Assembly (NCBI GenBank): GCA_963700635.1 | Contig: CAVOYH010000003.1 | Location: 1,344,001 to 1,408,000 of the forward strand | Length of the DNA stretch: 64,000 nucleotides | Origin: an uncultured Bacteroidota bacterium | GTDB lineage: Bacteria; Bacteroidota; Ignavibacteria; UBA10030; UBA6906 | Direction: 5' to 3' | Part shown: positions 28,149 through 37,513 of the stretch, piece by piece | Layout: the number at the start of each line of letters is the position of its first letter | How positions within the stretch are numbered: the stretch's first letter is position 1 | Program-made: the position numbers and the translations under genes | Notes under the pieces: model-generated | What the model was told of the DNA's origin: nothing | What the model saw: the letters and a program-made list of their open reading frames with translations, nothing else | Databases searched by the model: none

Positions 28149-31100
28149 ATGATTGAGAGAATAATAGACTTTTCCGCACGCAACAAGTTTCTGGTGATCC
28201 TTTTTTATCTGGGGGTGATTGGCTGGGGCATCTGGGCCGTGGCGCACACCCCGCTGGATGCCATCCCTGACCTTTCTGAAAATCAGGTTATCGTGTTTAC
28301 GGAGTGGATGGGCCGTTCGCCGAAGCTTGTGGAAGACCAGATCACCTTCCCGCTTGTGACCGCTCTCCAGGGTGTGCCGGAGGTATCGGCCATCCGGGCC
28401 CAGTCGATGTTCGGTATGTCCTTCATCTATATCATTTTTAACGAGAAGACAGATCTTTACTGGGCGCGCAGCCGCGTGCTCGAAAAACTGTCAACCGTGC
28501 AGTCCACCCTTCCTGACGGCGCAAAAGTACAGCTCGGTCCCGACGGGACAGGTGTCGGACATGTCTACTGGTACACTCTTGAGGGGAAGTATGACCTCGG
28601 AACATTACGTGCCACCCAGGACTGGTATGTGAAGCTCCACCTTCAGGGTGTGGAGGGTGTGGCGGAGGTGGCGTCCATCGGCGGTTACGTGCGCCAGTAC
28701 CAGGTGGACGTGGATCCGGGCAAGATGAGAGGATACGGAATTACGTTGAACGCAATCCGCAATGCGGTTATGCGGTCCAACAATGACGTCGGGGGTAAAA
28801 TCATCGAGCTCTCCGATGCAGAGTACTTCGTCCGGGGACAGGGATACATACAATCCATCAGCGACATCGAAAACATCGTCGTCGGGACAAGGCCGAACGG
28901 GATACCGATCTTTGTACGGAATATTGGAACGGTACAGATCGGAGGCGACATCCGCCGGGGGTCCCTCGAAAAGAACGGGCAGGGTCAGGTGGTTGGAGGT
29001 ATTGTTGTCATGCGGTACGGTGAGAATGCCAAAGCGGTCATTGACAGGGTGAAGGAGCGGATCAAGGAGATCACGCCCGGTTTGCCCGCAGGGATGGAAA
29101 TAAAGCCGGCCTACGACCGTAGCACCCTCATCATGGCATCGATCGACACTCTCAAGACGGCACTTATCGAGGAAGCCATCGTCGTCAGCATCATGGTCTT
29201 CCTCTTCCTGTTTCATGTGCGCAGTGTCCTCAGAGTCATCATCGAGATTCCCGTGGCCGTTCTGATCGCCTTTATCTGTATGAGGATCTTCGACATCTCC
29301 TCGAATATTATGTCGCTGGGCGGTATTGCCATTGCAATCGGCGTTATTGTAGATGCATCGATCGTGCTCGTGGAGAACGCGTATCGGAATGTGGCGAAAG
29401 CTCAGGAAGAAAAGGGTACGCTGACGAAGGAAGATTTTGTAGAAATCTCGATCCGTTCTGCGAAGCAGGTGGGACGGGCGATCTTTTTTGCGGTGGCGAT
29501 TATGGTCATCTCGTTCCTTCCCGTATTCCTGCTTGAAGGGCAGGAAGGAAAGCTCTTCCGTCCGCTTGCGTTTACAAAGACGTTTGTGCTGGGGGGGTCT
29601 GCGTTCATTGCCATCACCCTGGTGCCCGTACTGATGGTGATGCTCACCAGGGGGAAATTCCGCAGGGAAAATGAGAATCCGATCACCCGATTTTTGCACT
29701 GGCTATATGCGCCGGTGATCACATGGGTACTCAAATGGCGAAAGACCGCGATTGCACTCAATGTGATTGCGCTTCTGTTAACGGTTCCGATGATCATGCA
29801 GATCGGTTCCGAGTTCATGCCGCCTCTGGACGAAGGGAGTCTGTTGTTCATGCCGGTCACACTTCCGTCGGCATCGATAACTGAAGTCAACCGTGTCATG
29901 CAAGTTCAGGATGCAATCATCATGACTGTCCCGGAGGTACAGCAGGTACTGGGAAAGGTGGGGAAGGCCGAAACCTCCACGGACCCTGCCCCGATCAGCA
30001 TGATTGAATCCATCGTGCTGCTCAAGCCGAAAGATCAATGGAGAAAGGGGATGACGAAGGACGATATCATCTCCGAACTTGATGCGAAGCTCCAGATCCC
30101 CGGTGTGCGCAACGGGTGGACGCAGCCCATTATCAATCGTATCAACATGCTCTCAACAGGCGTGCGGACCGATCTGGGGGTCAAGATCTTCGGGAAGGAT
30201 CTTGATACCCTGGAAGCACTTGCCATTGAGGCTGAGCACATTTTACGAACCATCCGGGGAGCGGTCGATCTGTACGCTGAACGGACGCAGGGAGGCCTCT
30301 TTCTTGACATCACGATCGATCGAACCGCAGTAGCACGATACGGCATCACTGTGGGTGACGTGCAGGATATCATTGAAATCGCAATCGGGGGGCAGAATAT
30401 CGGGACCGTACTCGACGGGCGCCAGCGATTCCCGATCCGCGTGCGCTACGAAAGAGAATGGAGAGACAATGTCGAGCGACTCAAAGACCTGCTCATTCCG
30501 GTAAACACCATGCGCGCCCGGCGGTCGCCGGCTCCCATCCAGGCGGCCATCGGAACCGGCATGGAGAAGACGCCGGGCATGGGAGCGTCCGGGATGGAAG
30601 GCGGAACGGAAACGAAACAGGGGTATGTTCCACTTTCCCAGCTTGCGACGGTCGCGATTGCTCCGGGACCACCCATGATCTCCAGCGAGAATGCGCAACT
30701 TCGCTCCATCGTGTACCTCAATGTGCGGGGGCGCGACATGGGTGGGTTTGTTGAAGAAGCGAAGGAAGTTCTTACAAGGGAACTACAACTCCCTTCGGGC
30801 TATTCGGTGCAGTGGAGCGGTCAGTGGGAAAATCAGATCAGGGCAAAAGAGCGTCTGACGGTGGTCATGCCGTTTGTCTTCGTCATCATTTTTGTCATGC
30901 TGTATCTTACCACCAAAGATTTTGCCGAGGCCGGTGTTGTTATGCTTTCTGTGCCCTTTGCGCTGATCGGAGGGGTGTACCTGATCTACCTGCTGGGATA
31001 CAACTTCTCGGTCGCTGTCTGGGTCGGCTTTATTGCGCTGTACGGCGTTGCGGTGCAAACAGGGGTTGTCATGGTAGTGTACCTGCATGAAGCTCTTGAC

Positions 31101-31433
31101 AACAGAATCCGTGATCACCAGAGCGGAAAGCGGGGGCCGATAACGCCGAAGGACATCTTTGACGCCACCATCGAAGGGTCGGTACTCCGGTTACGCCCGA
31201 AAATTATGACCGTGGGAACATCGTTGATCGGACTCATTCCAATCATGTGGAGCACAGGCGTGGGGGCAGACGTCATGAAACCGCTGGCGGCGCCCTTGAT
31301 CGGAGGGCTCCTGACCTCGACAATTCACGTCCTTGTCGTTACACCGGTTCTTTTTACCTACATGAAGCTTCATGCGTTGAAGAAGGGCACACTTGCAGTC
31401 TCCAAAATGGCACACTGGATGAAGGAAGGGTGA
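28149..31433 (+). CDS. cusA: CusA/CzcA-family heavy-metal (Cu/Ag) RND permease
   Basis: LDAIPDLSENQVIVFT, YWARSRVLE, GPDGTGVG, EFMPPLDEG, QPIINRINMLSTG, RLRPKIMT. Confidence 0.95.
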   Translation: MIERIIDFSARNKFLVILFYLGVIGWGIWAVAHTPLDAIPDLSENQVIVFTEWMGRSPKLVEDQITFPLVTALQGVPEVSAIRAQSMFGMSFIYIIFNEKTDLYWARSRVLEKLSTVQSTLPDGAKVQLGPDGTGVGHVYWYTLEGKYDLGTLRATQDWYVKLHLQGVEGVAEVASIGGYVRQYQVDVDPGKMRGYGITLNAIRNAVMRSNNDVGGKIIELSDAEYFVRGQGYIQSISDIENIVVGTRPNGIPIFVRNIGTVQIGGDIRRGSLEKNGQGQVVGGIVVMRYGENAKAVIDRVKERIKEITPGLPAGMEIKPAYDRSTLIMASIDTLKTALIEEAIVVSIMVFLFLFHVRSVLRVIIEIPVAVLIAFICMRIFDISSNIMSLGGIAIAIGVIVDASIVLVENAYRNVAKAQEEKGTLTKEDFVEISIRSAKQVGRAIFFAVAIMVISFLPVFLLEGQEGKLFRPLAFTKTFVLGGSAFIAITLVPVLMVMLTRGKFRRENENPITRFLHWLYAPVITWVLKWRKTAIALNVIALLLTVPMIMQIGSEFMPPLDEGSLLFMPVTLPSASITEVNRVMQVQDAIIMTVPEVQQVLGKVGKAETSTDPAPISMIESIVLLKPKDQWRKGMTKDDIISELDAKLQIPGVRNGWTQPIINRINMLSTGVRTDLGVKIFGKDLDTLEALAIEAEHILRTIRGAVDLYAERTQGGLFLDITIDRTAVARYGITVGDVQDIIEIAIGGQNIGTVLDGRQRFPIRVRYEREWRDNVERLKDLLIPVNTMRARRSPAPIQAAIGTGMEKTPGMGASGMEGGTETKQGYVPLSQLATVAIAPGPPMISSENAQLRSIVYLNVRGRDMGGFVEEAKEVLTRELQLPSGYSVQWSGQWENQIRAKERLTVVMPFVFVIIFVMLYLTTKDFAEAGVVMLSVPFALIGGVYLIYLLGYNFSVAVWVGFIALYGVAVQTGVVMVVYLHEALDNRIRDHQSGKRGPITPKDIFDATIEGSVLRLRPKIMTVGTSLIGLIPIMWSTGVGADVMKPLAAPLIGGLLTSTIHVLVVTPVLFTYMKLHALKKGTLAVSKMAHWMKEG

Positions 31434-31512
31434 TAATAGCCGCCCTGCCTTGTTGACTCTTGGTCCGCTTCAGACTACCTTGCGAGCACAATAGAAAAGT
31501 CAGGAATACTCT

Positions 31513-33414
31513 ATGGTTGCAAAGAAAACAGCGGCGCGTCGGAGTAAGCGCCCCCGGGGCACGCAAAACGGCCAGGGAAAAAAGAGGGGGAAGCCGATGG
31601 TCCACACGCGTCGCAGCACCGGGAAGGTCACAAAAACGTTGAAGACCCGTGATGCTCTCGAGGCGCGACTCCGCCTGACGGCAGAAGAATTCACCAAGGC
31701 GTTCCATCTCAGTCCTGATGCCGTGAATATTAACAGGCTGGCTGACGGTGTCTATCTTGCGGTTAATGACGGGTTTACCACGATAACGGGTTATACCCCC
31801 GCCGAAGTAGTCGGACGCTCATCGCTCCCCGGTGGGTTGGGGATCTGGATCCACAGGGAAGATCGTGACAGGCTTGTTGCCGGTCTCAAAGAACAGGGGG
31901 AAGTGAACGGGTTTGAAGCGGAATTCCGGATTAAGAACGGAAATGTAAGAGCCGGACTCATCTCTGCGAAGGTTATCCATTTTGACGATGAACCATGCAT
32001 CTTTTCGGTCACACGCGACATCACCGAGAGGAACCGGACCGATCAGGCTCTGCGCAGAAGCGAGGAGGCGTACCGGCACCTTATTGAGACCATGCCGGAC
32101 GGTGTGTACAAGAGCACACATGAAGGTAGATTCCTTGAAGTCAATCCTGCCATGTTAACGATCCTTGGATACTCTTCAAAAGAAGAACTGCTGGCCATCC
32201 ACATTCCCACCCAGCTCTATTTTGCACCGACAGACCGGGAAAGTGCGGCGCTGGAAGAGCAGCTGGAAGAAATGGCCGTGTTCCGACTGAGGAAGAAGGA
32301 TGGAACGGAGGTGTGGGTGGAAGACCATGGACGGCATGTGCTGGATGAAAAGGGGAACGTGTTGTATCACGAAGGTATTTTGCGGGACGTAACTGAACGC
32401 CGACGGGATGAGGATAAACTGCGGGCGAGCGAGGAACGGATCAGGGCGATCATTGAGGGGACGCCGCAGTTGTTCTTTTATACCCAGGATGAAGAAGCAA
32501 ACACAACATATGTATCACCAACGGTCGAAGCAATCACGGGATATACGCCGGATGTCTGGGTAAAAAGGAGGGATTGGTTCATCACGGATGCCCCGATGAA
32601 CCAACTGGCAATCCGGGAGACACACGCCCGCCTGCGCGGAGAGAGCTCTGAAGGTCGACAGCTCGTGGAGATCCAACACCGCGAAGGACATCGGATCCTG
32701 CTCGAGGTCTATGAACATCCCATCATTCAGAACGAAAAGGTGACCGGTCTGCAGGGAGTGGCGCATGATATCACCGATCGCGCGCGAGCGGAGGATGCGC
32801 TTGTGCGCTCACTCAAGGAAAAGGAAGTTCTTCTCAAGGAGATCCACCACCGGGTAAAGAACAATCTCCAGGTTATATGCAGCATGTTGAACATGCAGGC
32901 ATCAGAGGTCGCGGATGCCGCTGTCAGCGCAGCGCTGCAGGAGGCACAGGCCCGCGTCCTTTCCATGGCATTGATCCATGAACGTCTTTACGGCGTAGCG
33001 GATTTTGCCCGGATTGATCTTTTTGAGTACAGCCAGAGCCTTCTTGCACACCTTGCACGGACCTGGAGGCGTGCCGGAGTCGATGTACGGGTCCAGGGCG
33101 GCCAGACCTTTGTCGGGGTTGACGCCGCAATTCCCTGCGGATTGATACTGAACGAACTCGTCACAAACGCTCTCAAACATGCGTTTGTTGGAAAAGAGAA
33201 TGGCCGGGTGGAAGTGACCATCCAGCGAAGAAACGACGGGGAGGTGGAAATGGGCGTCCAGGACGACGGCATCGGTTTCCCCCCGGACAAGGAATTTATC
33301 CGGATGGGATCGATGGGAATGACGCTTGTGACGCATCTTGTTGAGCAACTGTCGGGTACACTTACCCTCGAGAAGTCAGCCGGAACACGTTTTGTGATCG
33401 TCTTCCGGGCGTGA
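31513..33414 (+). CDS. Cytoplasmic multi-PAS sensor histidine kinase (HisKA_2 type)
   Basis: Three PAS/PAC repeats ending RDITER, RDVTER, HDITDR; EIHHRVKNNLQ; NELVTNALKHAF; DDGIG. Confidence 0.92.
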   Translation: MVAKKTAARRSKRPRGTQNGQGKKRGKPMVHTRRSTGKVTKTLKTRDALEARLRLTAEEFTKAFHLSPDAVNINRLADGVYLAVNDGFTTITGYTPAEVVGRSSLPGGLGIWIHREDRDRLVAGLKEQGEVNGFEAEFRIKNGNVRAGLISAKVIHFDDEPCIFSVTRDITERNRTDQALRRSEEAYRHLIETMPDGVYKSTHEGRFLEVNPAMLTILGYSSKEELLAIHIPTQLYFAPTDRESAALEEQLEEMAVFRLRKKDGTEVWVEDHGRHVLDEKGNVLYHEGILRDVTERRRDEDKLRASEERIRAIIEGTPQLFFYTQDEEANTTYVSPTVEAITGYTPDVWVKRRDWFITDAPMNQLAIRETHARLRGESSEGRQLVEIQHREGHRILLEVYEHPIIQNEKVTGLQGVAHDITDRARAEDALVRSLKEKEVLLKEIHHRVKNNLQVICSMLNMQASEVADAAVSAALQEAQARVLSMALIHERLYGVADFARIDLFEYSQSLLAHLARTWRRAGVDVRVQGGQTFVGVDAAIPCGLILNELVTNALKHAFVGKENGRVEVTIQRRNDGEVEMGVQDDGIGFPPDKEFIRMGSMGMTLVTHLVEQLSGTLTLEKSAGTRFVIVFRA

Positions 33415-33465
33415 TGGTGCAGGGTAATGTCCATGGAAAACACATCTGAGCATCGAGGAGGACGC

Positions 33466-34020
33466 ATGTCGGCGAAAACGTTTCTTGTGGCGGTTGTTCT
33501 GTTCCACCTGGGTCTGATGAGTAGTTCTATGGCGCAACAGCAGCAAGGGGATGTGGAGCTGCAGTTGCAGGGTTCCTTCTTCACCACGGTGGGTGCAGAC
33601 ATCACGAACAGCGTCGGCACGATTGCCGGGAAAGTCGGCCCATATATCACGGCAAACATACAGGTCGGGATCGGACCAACGCTGACGATTGCCACAAACA
33701 CTTCCACAGCCCGTGAAGTGGCGTCGGGCCCGCTGGTCACAACCACCAAAACGAATGTGACATTTGGCAGCACGATATTTGCGGTGTATTCTTTCCTCTT
33801 CCCTGACGCCCGGACGGTTCCGTATGTCGGCGCATCCTACTACAAACGCGATTTCAGCAATGGTGCTGACCGCGGGTGGATTGGCGGCAATGGTGGCGCA
33901 AAGTTCTTTTTCACAAAAAGGGCAGCCGCCGACCTGAGCGTCAACTATCTTACCAGTCTGAACAAGGAAACGAAGGGCGGACTCCTGCTCTTTGCATTTG
34001 GACTCAGCTTGCTCTTTTGA
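33466..34020 (+). CDS. Small outer-membrane beta-barrel protein
   Basis: GAGGAGG RBS, signal peptide ending SMA-Q, alternating beta-strand pattern (VPYVGASY, GGAKFFF), C-terminal Phe. Confidence 0.75.
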   Translation: MSAKTFLVAVVLFHLGLMSSSMAQQQQGDVELQLQGSFFTTVGADITNSVGTIAGKVGPYITANIQVGIGPTLTIATNTSTAREVASGPLVTTTKTNVTFGSTIFAVYSFLFPDARTVPYVGASYYKRDFSNGADRGWIGGNGGAKFFFTKRAAADLSVNYLTSLNKETKGGLLLFAFGLSLLF

Positions 34021-34179
34021 GTTGTTTCCCGGCGGTTTCCGGGTCTGTTACTCCATTGTCTCCCCTTAAGAGGGATCCTGCCCAGCAGGAACCCATCTTC
34101 GGTTTCTCCTGTTAAGGTAGTACGGTATCGGTGGGAGATATCTTCCCGCAGACTGGCAAAAACCTTGACGGAGGAGCAG

Positions 34180-34839
34180 ATGAGGCGAAGAGTTCAGTCG
34201 TGGTATTCCACAGTGTTGCCCGGAGCAGGCATTCTGATGATGCTGTTCCTGCCTGTGGAAACTGGAGCAACAGTGCACGTTATCGAGTTCGGTGGAGTCC
34301 TCGGAAACACCTATTCACCGAACATCCTCTCGGTTTCGGTCGGCGACACTATCCGCTGGCAGGGGACGTTCGACTCTCATCCGGTCCGCTCTACGATCAT
34401 ACCGGCAGGCGCTGAGAGCTGGTCCAACGGCTCCGGAACGGCGTTCATCTACATTGTGCCCCTTCCCGGGACGTACAACTACACCTGCGATTTCCATGGC
34501 CCATCAATGAGCGGATCCTTCACCGCCGCTGTCAGTAGTCTAAACGGAGACACCGGATCACGACAGCCCGGGGAGTACGCGCTCGGGCAAAACTATCCCA
34601 ATCCGTTTAATCCCACCACGACAATTACCTATACACTCCAGGGTCCGCAGCCTGCCAGGGTGAAACTCGCGGTGTATAACCTTCTCAGCCAGGAGGTGGC
34701 GGTTCTGGTAAACGAGACCCAGAGCGCAGGCTCCCACACGGTTACGTTTAACGCTGCAGGACTTTCGAGCGGAATTTACCTGTACACGCTGACTGCCGCC
34801 GGAATCGACCGTACGCGCCGGATGGTACTCCTGCGGTGA
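34180..34839 (+). CDS. Plastocyanin-like cupredoxin with T9SS C-terminal domain
   Basis: VSVGDTIRW, SHPV, GTYNYTCDFHGPSM (type-1 Cu ligands H...C-x2-H-x3-M); [15 protein letters not shown]...LSSGIYLY. Confidence 0.85.
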   Translation: MRRRVQSWYSTVLPGAGILMMLFLPVETGATVHVIEFGGVLGNTYSPNILSVSVGDTIRWQGTFDSHPVRSTIIPAGAESWSNGSGTAFIYIVPLPGTYNYTCDFHGPSMSGSFTAAVSSLNGDTGSRQPGEYALGQNYPNPFNPTTTITYTLQGPQPARVKLAVYNLLSQEVAVLVNETQSAGSHTVTFNAAGLSSGIYLYTLTAAGIDRTRRMVLLR

Positions 34840-34965
34840 CGCTGGAATCGGTTCCGCAGGGATTAACTCCTTTTCCATCCTTTTGGGTGATTGAATTGGG
34901 AGGGCGCCCCGGTTAGATTATAGCGGGGGGAGTCTGCGCTATTTCTTACGTAAAGGTCCTTCAGA

Positions 34966-36447
34966 ATGAACATCCTCCTCGTTTGCCCGGAATATCCGGA
35001 CAGTTTCTGGTCGTTCAAACACGCGCTCCGGTTCATTTCCAAAAAGGTCGGTCAACCCCCTCTGGGGTTGCTGACCGTTGCAGCTCTCCTTCCGGCGGCG
35101 TGGAATAAGAAACTGGTCGATCTTAATGTTACGGGACTCTCAGATGAGGATCTCCGGTGGGCAGACTATGTCTTTCTCGGGGGGATGTCGGTCCAGGCAG
35201 AATCTGCCCGGTACGTTATCACACAGTGTAATAAGATGGGGACGCCGGTCGTCGCGGGTGGACCGTTGTTCACGGCCCGGCATGAGGAATTCCCGGGCGT
35301 GGACCACTTTGTCTTGAATGAGGCGGAGATCACACTGCCGCTTTTTCTGGATGACGTGCGACACGGCCGGCCGAAACAGCTTTACACAACTGACAGGTGG
35401 GCGGATCTGGGCTCAACTCCTCTCCCGATGTGGGAACTTCTCGACCGCCGCAAATACGCCACGATGAATATCCAATACTCACGGGGTTGCCCGTACGATT
35501 GTGAGTTCTGTGACATTACCGTGTTGTACGGGCATCAGCCGCGCACAAAATCCGGCACGCAGGTGATTGCGGAGATGGATGCCCTGTACCGGACCGGGTG
35601 GCGCGGCCACGTGTTCTTTGTGGATGATAATTTTATCGGCAACAGGGTAAAGCTGAAGAAGGAAGTTCTGCCCCTCATGATCGAGTGGATGGAAGCGACA
35701 CACTATCCGTTTTCCTTGGGGACCGAAGCCTCACTCAACCTTGCTGATGATCCGGAACTTCTGGGACTGATGGCCCGTGCGGGATTTGAAGAGGTGTTTG
35801 TGGGGATCGAAAGCCCGAACGCAGAAAGTCTGGAGGAATGCAAAAAGATTCCAAATAAGAACCGGGACCTGATCGCAAGTGTGAAGACGCTCCAGAAGGC
35901 TGGCCTGCAGGTTCAGGGAGGTTTTATCGTGGGCTTTGATAATGACCCGCTCTCCATTTTTGACACCCTGATCCGGTTTGTCAAGGAAAGTGGTATCGTC
36001 GTTGCAATGGTGGGGCTTCTGAACGCACCAATCAACACCCGCCTGTATGCCCGGTTACGGAAGGAGGACAGGCTGCTGAAAGTGTTTACGGGGAACAATA
36101 CAGATTTTTCGATGAATTTTGTCCCGAAAATGAACCGTCAGGCTCTTCTCGACGGGTACCGGAAAATCCTCGGGACGATCTACTCACCGAAAGAGTACTA
36201 CCAGCGGGTCACCGATTTTCTGAAGACCCATGAACCACTCCGGCACCACGAGGCTCCTTTTCGTTTTGCGCATCTGCACGCGCTGTCAAAGTCGATGCTG
36301 TTGCTCGGTATCATGGGCAAAGAGCGGGTCTACTATTGGAAGCTCTTTTTCTGGTCGTTGTTCCGTCGGCCGCGTCATTTTTCGACTGCCATCACGCTTG
36401 CCATTTACGGGTTCCACTTCCGGCGGGTTTTCCAGCAGTACCTCTAA
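34966..36447 (+). CDS. B12-binding-domain radical SAM protein (DUF4070-type C-terminus)
   Basis: PPLGLLTVAA, VAGGP, SRGCPYDCEFCD, FVDDNFIGN, GGFIVGFDND. Confidence 0.9.
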   Translation: MNILLVCPEYPDSFWSFKHALRFISKKVGQPPLGLLTVAALLPAAWNKKLVDLNVTGLSDEDLRWADYVFLGGMSVQAESARYVITQCNKMGTPVVAGGPLFTARHEEFPGVDHFVLNEAEITLPLFLDDVRHGRPKQLYTTDRWADLGSTPLPMWELLDRRKYATMNIQYSRGCPYDCEFCDITVLYGHQPRTKSGTQVIAEMDALYRTGWRGHVFFVDDNFIGNRVKLKKEVLPLMIEWMEATHYPFSLGTEASLNLADDPELLGLMARAGFEEVFVGIESPNAESLEECKKIPNKNRDLIASVKTLQKAGLQVQGGFIVGFDNDPLSIFDTLIRFVKESGIVVAMVGLLNAPINTRLYARLRKEDRLLKVFTGNNTDFSMNFVPKMNRQALLDGYRKILGTIYSPKEYYQRVTDFLKTHEPLRHHEAPFRFAHLHALSKSMLLLGIMGKERVYYWKLFFWSLFRRPRHFSTAITLAIYGFHFRRVFQQYL

Positions 36448-36464
36448 GTTTTTTCATTATCCCC

Positions 36465-36493
36465 TTGACAATTATCTATGAGTCCGTTATATT
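36465..36493 (+). promoter_or_regulatory. Sigma70-type promoter of the nar-act operon
   Basis: TTGACA-N17-TATATT in an AT-rich intergenic region. Confidence 0.75.
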
Positions 36494-36514
36494 CCGACAA
36501 AAGAGTCTGATATA
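36489..36514. promoter_or_regulatory. Palindromic operator copy 1 (overlaps -10/start site)
   Basis: atatTCCGAC-aaaaga-GTCTGAtata. Confidence 0.6.
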
Positions 36515-36582
36515 TAGATCTGAATTTGGACCGGTTTTGTTGAGCCGGGCGGGTGTTTGATACCAGTGTCTTTTAAGTTCCT

Positions 36583-36608
36583 TATTTCAGACTAATCGGT
36601 CTGATTAT
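36583..36608. promoter_or_regulatory. Palindromic operator copy 2 (upstream of narC RBS)
   Basis: tattTCAGAC-taatcg-GTCTGAttat; perfect 6-bp inverted repeat matching copy 1. Confidence 0.6.
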
Positions 36609-36628
36609 CCGTAAAGGAGGCCAGCGCT

Positions 36629-37513
36629 GTGTCTGCCACCACTTTGTTCCCCAGCATCTGCTTAGGGCAGCGTGTTCACCGCCTCGCGTGGATACTTCCG
36701 TCTGCTCTCCTTCTTACCCTTCCGGCGTTCGCCCAGGATCCCGCAGCTGACTTCCGCTCCAACTGTATGAGCTGCCATACCATCGGTGGTGGCCGGCTTA
36801 CAGGACCGGATCTTCAACACGTTACGCAACGTAAGGACCGTGCGTGGTTGACGCAATTCATACAAGATCCTAAATCGAGCATCGATGCCGGCGATCCGTA
36901 CGCCCTTGAGTTGCTCAGGAACTCACGCGGTGTGATCATGCCCGCGTTGCAGGGGATGACAAATGCCCGGGCGGGGGCATTGCTCGATCTGATCGATGCA
37001 GAGTCGATGCTGGCCCGATCCCAGTTTGCCGGCCTGCAGATCAGCGAACGGCCGTTTACTCCGCGGGATGTGGAGCTGGGACGCGGCATCTTCGAGGGCT
37101 CCGTCTCGCTTATCAACGGCGGCCCCTCCTGTATCTCGTGCCATGCCGTGCAGGGATTGGCGCTCTTCGGCGGTGGCACACTCGCCCCCGACCTGACAAC
37201 TGTGCTTGAACGATATCAGGGCCGGAAGATCCTTTCTACATGGCTCTCAGCACCTGCAACACCCACCATGAGTTCGGTCTATAAAACACATCCGCTTCAG
37301 GGTGATGAAGTGCTCGCACTTGTTGCGTATTTCCAGAGTACCCTCGCACGTAATCCCGACGACGTTTCCCCGGCCCGGCTCAACTTCATCCTCATCGGTC
37401 TGGTCGGAACACTTCTTGTCCTGGGTCTTCTGGATATCGTCTGGAGCAAACGCCTTCGTTCCGTGCGCCGCGCCATGGTGAGAGACAAACGATTGGAGGT
37501 TGTCAATGAGTAA
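36629..37513 (+). CDS. narC: Diheme cytochrome c with signal peptide and C-terminal membrane anchor (NarC-like)
   Basis: AAGGAGG + GTG; AFA-Q signal; CMSCH and CISCH, each followed by a distal Met; C-terminal TM helix; overlaps narG start. Confidence 0.85.
   Translation: MSATTLFPSICLGQRVHRLAWILPSALLLTLPAFAQDPAADFRSNCMSCHTIGGGRLTGPDLQHVTQRKDRAWLTQFIQDPKSSIDAGDPYALELLRNSRGVIMPALQGMTNARAGALLDLIDAESMLARSQFAGLQISERPFTPRDVELGRGIFEGSVSLINGGPSCISCHAVQGLALFGGGTLAPDLTTVLERYQGRKILSTWLSAPATPTMSSVYKTHPLQGDEVLALVAYFQSTLARNPDDVSPARLNFILIGLVGTLLVLGLLDIVWSKRLRSVRRAMVRDKRLEVVNE

Noticed and set aside
36557-36572. FNR box at TTGATaccagtgtc
   Set aside because: Only the left half-site matches; ATCAA is absent
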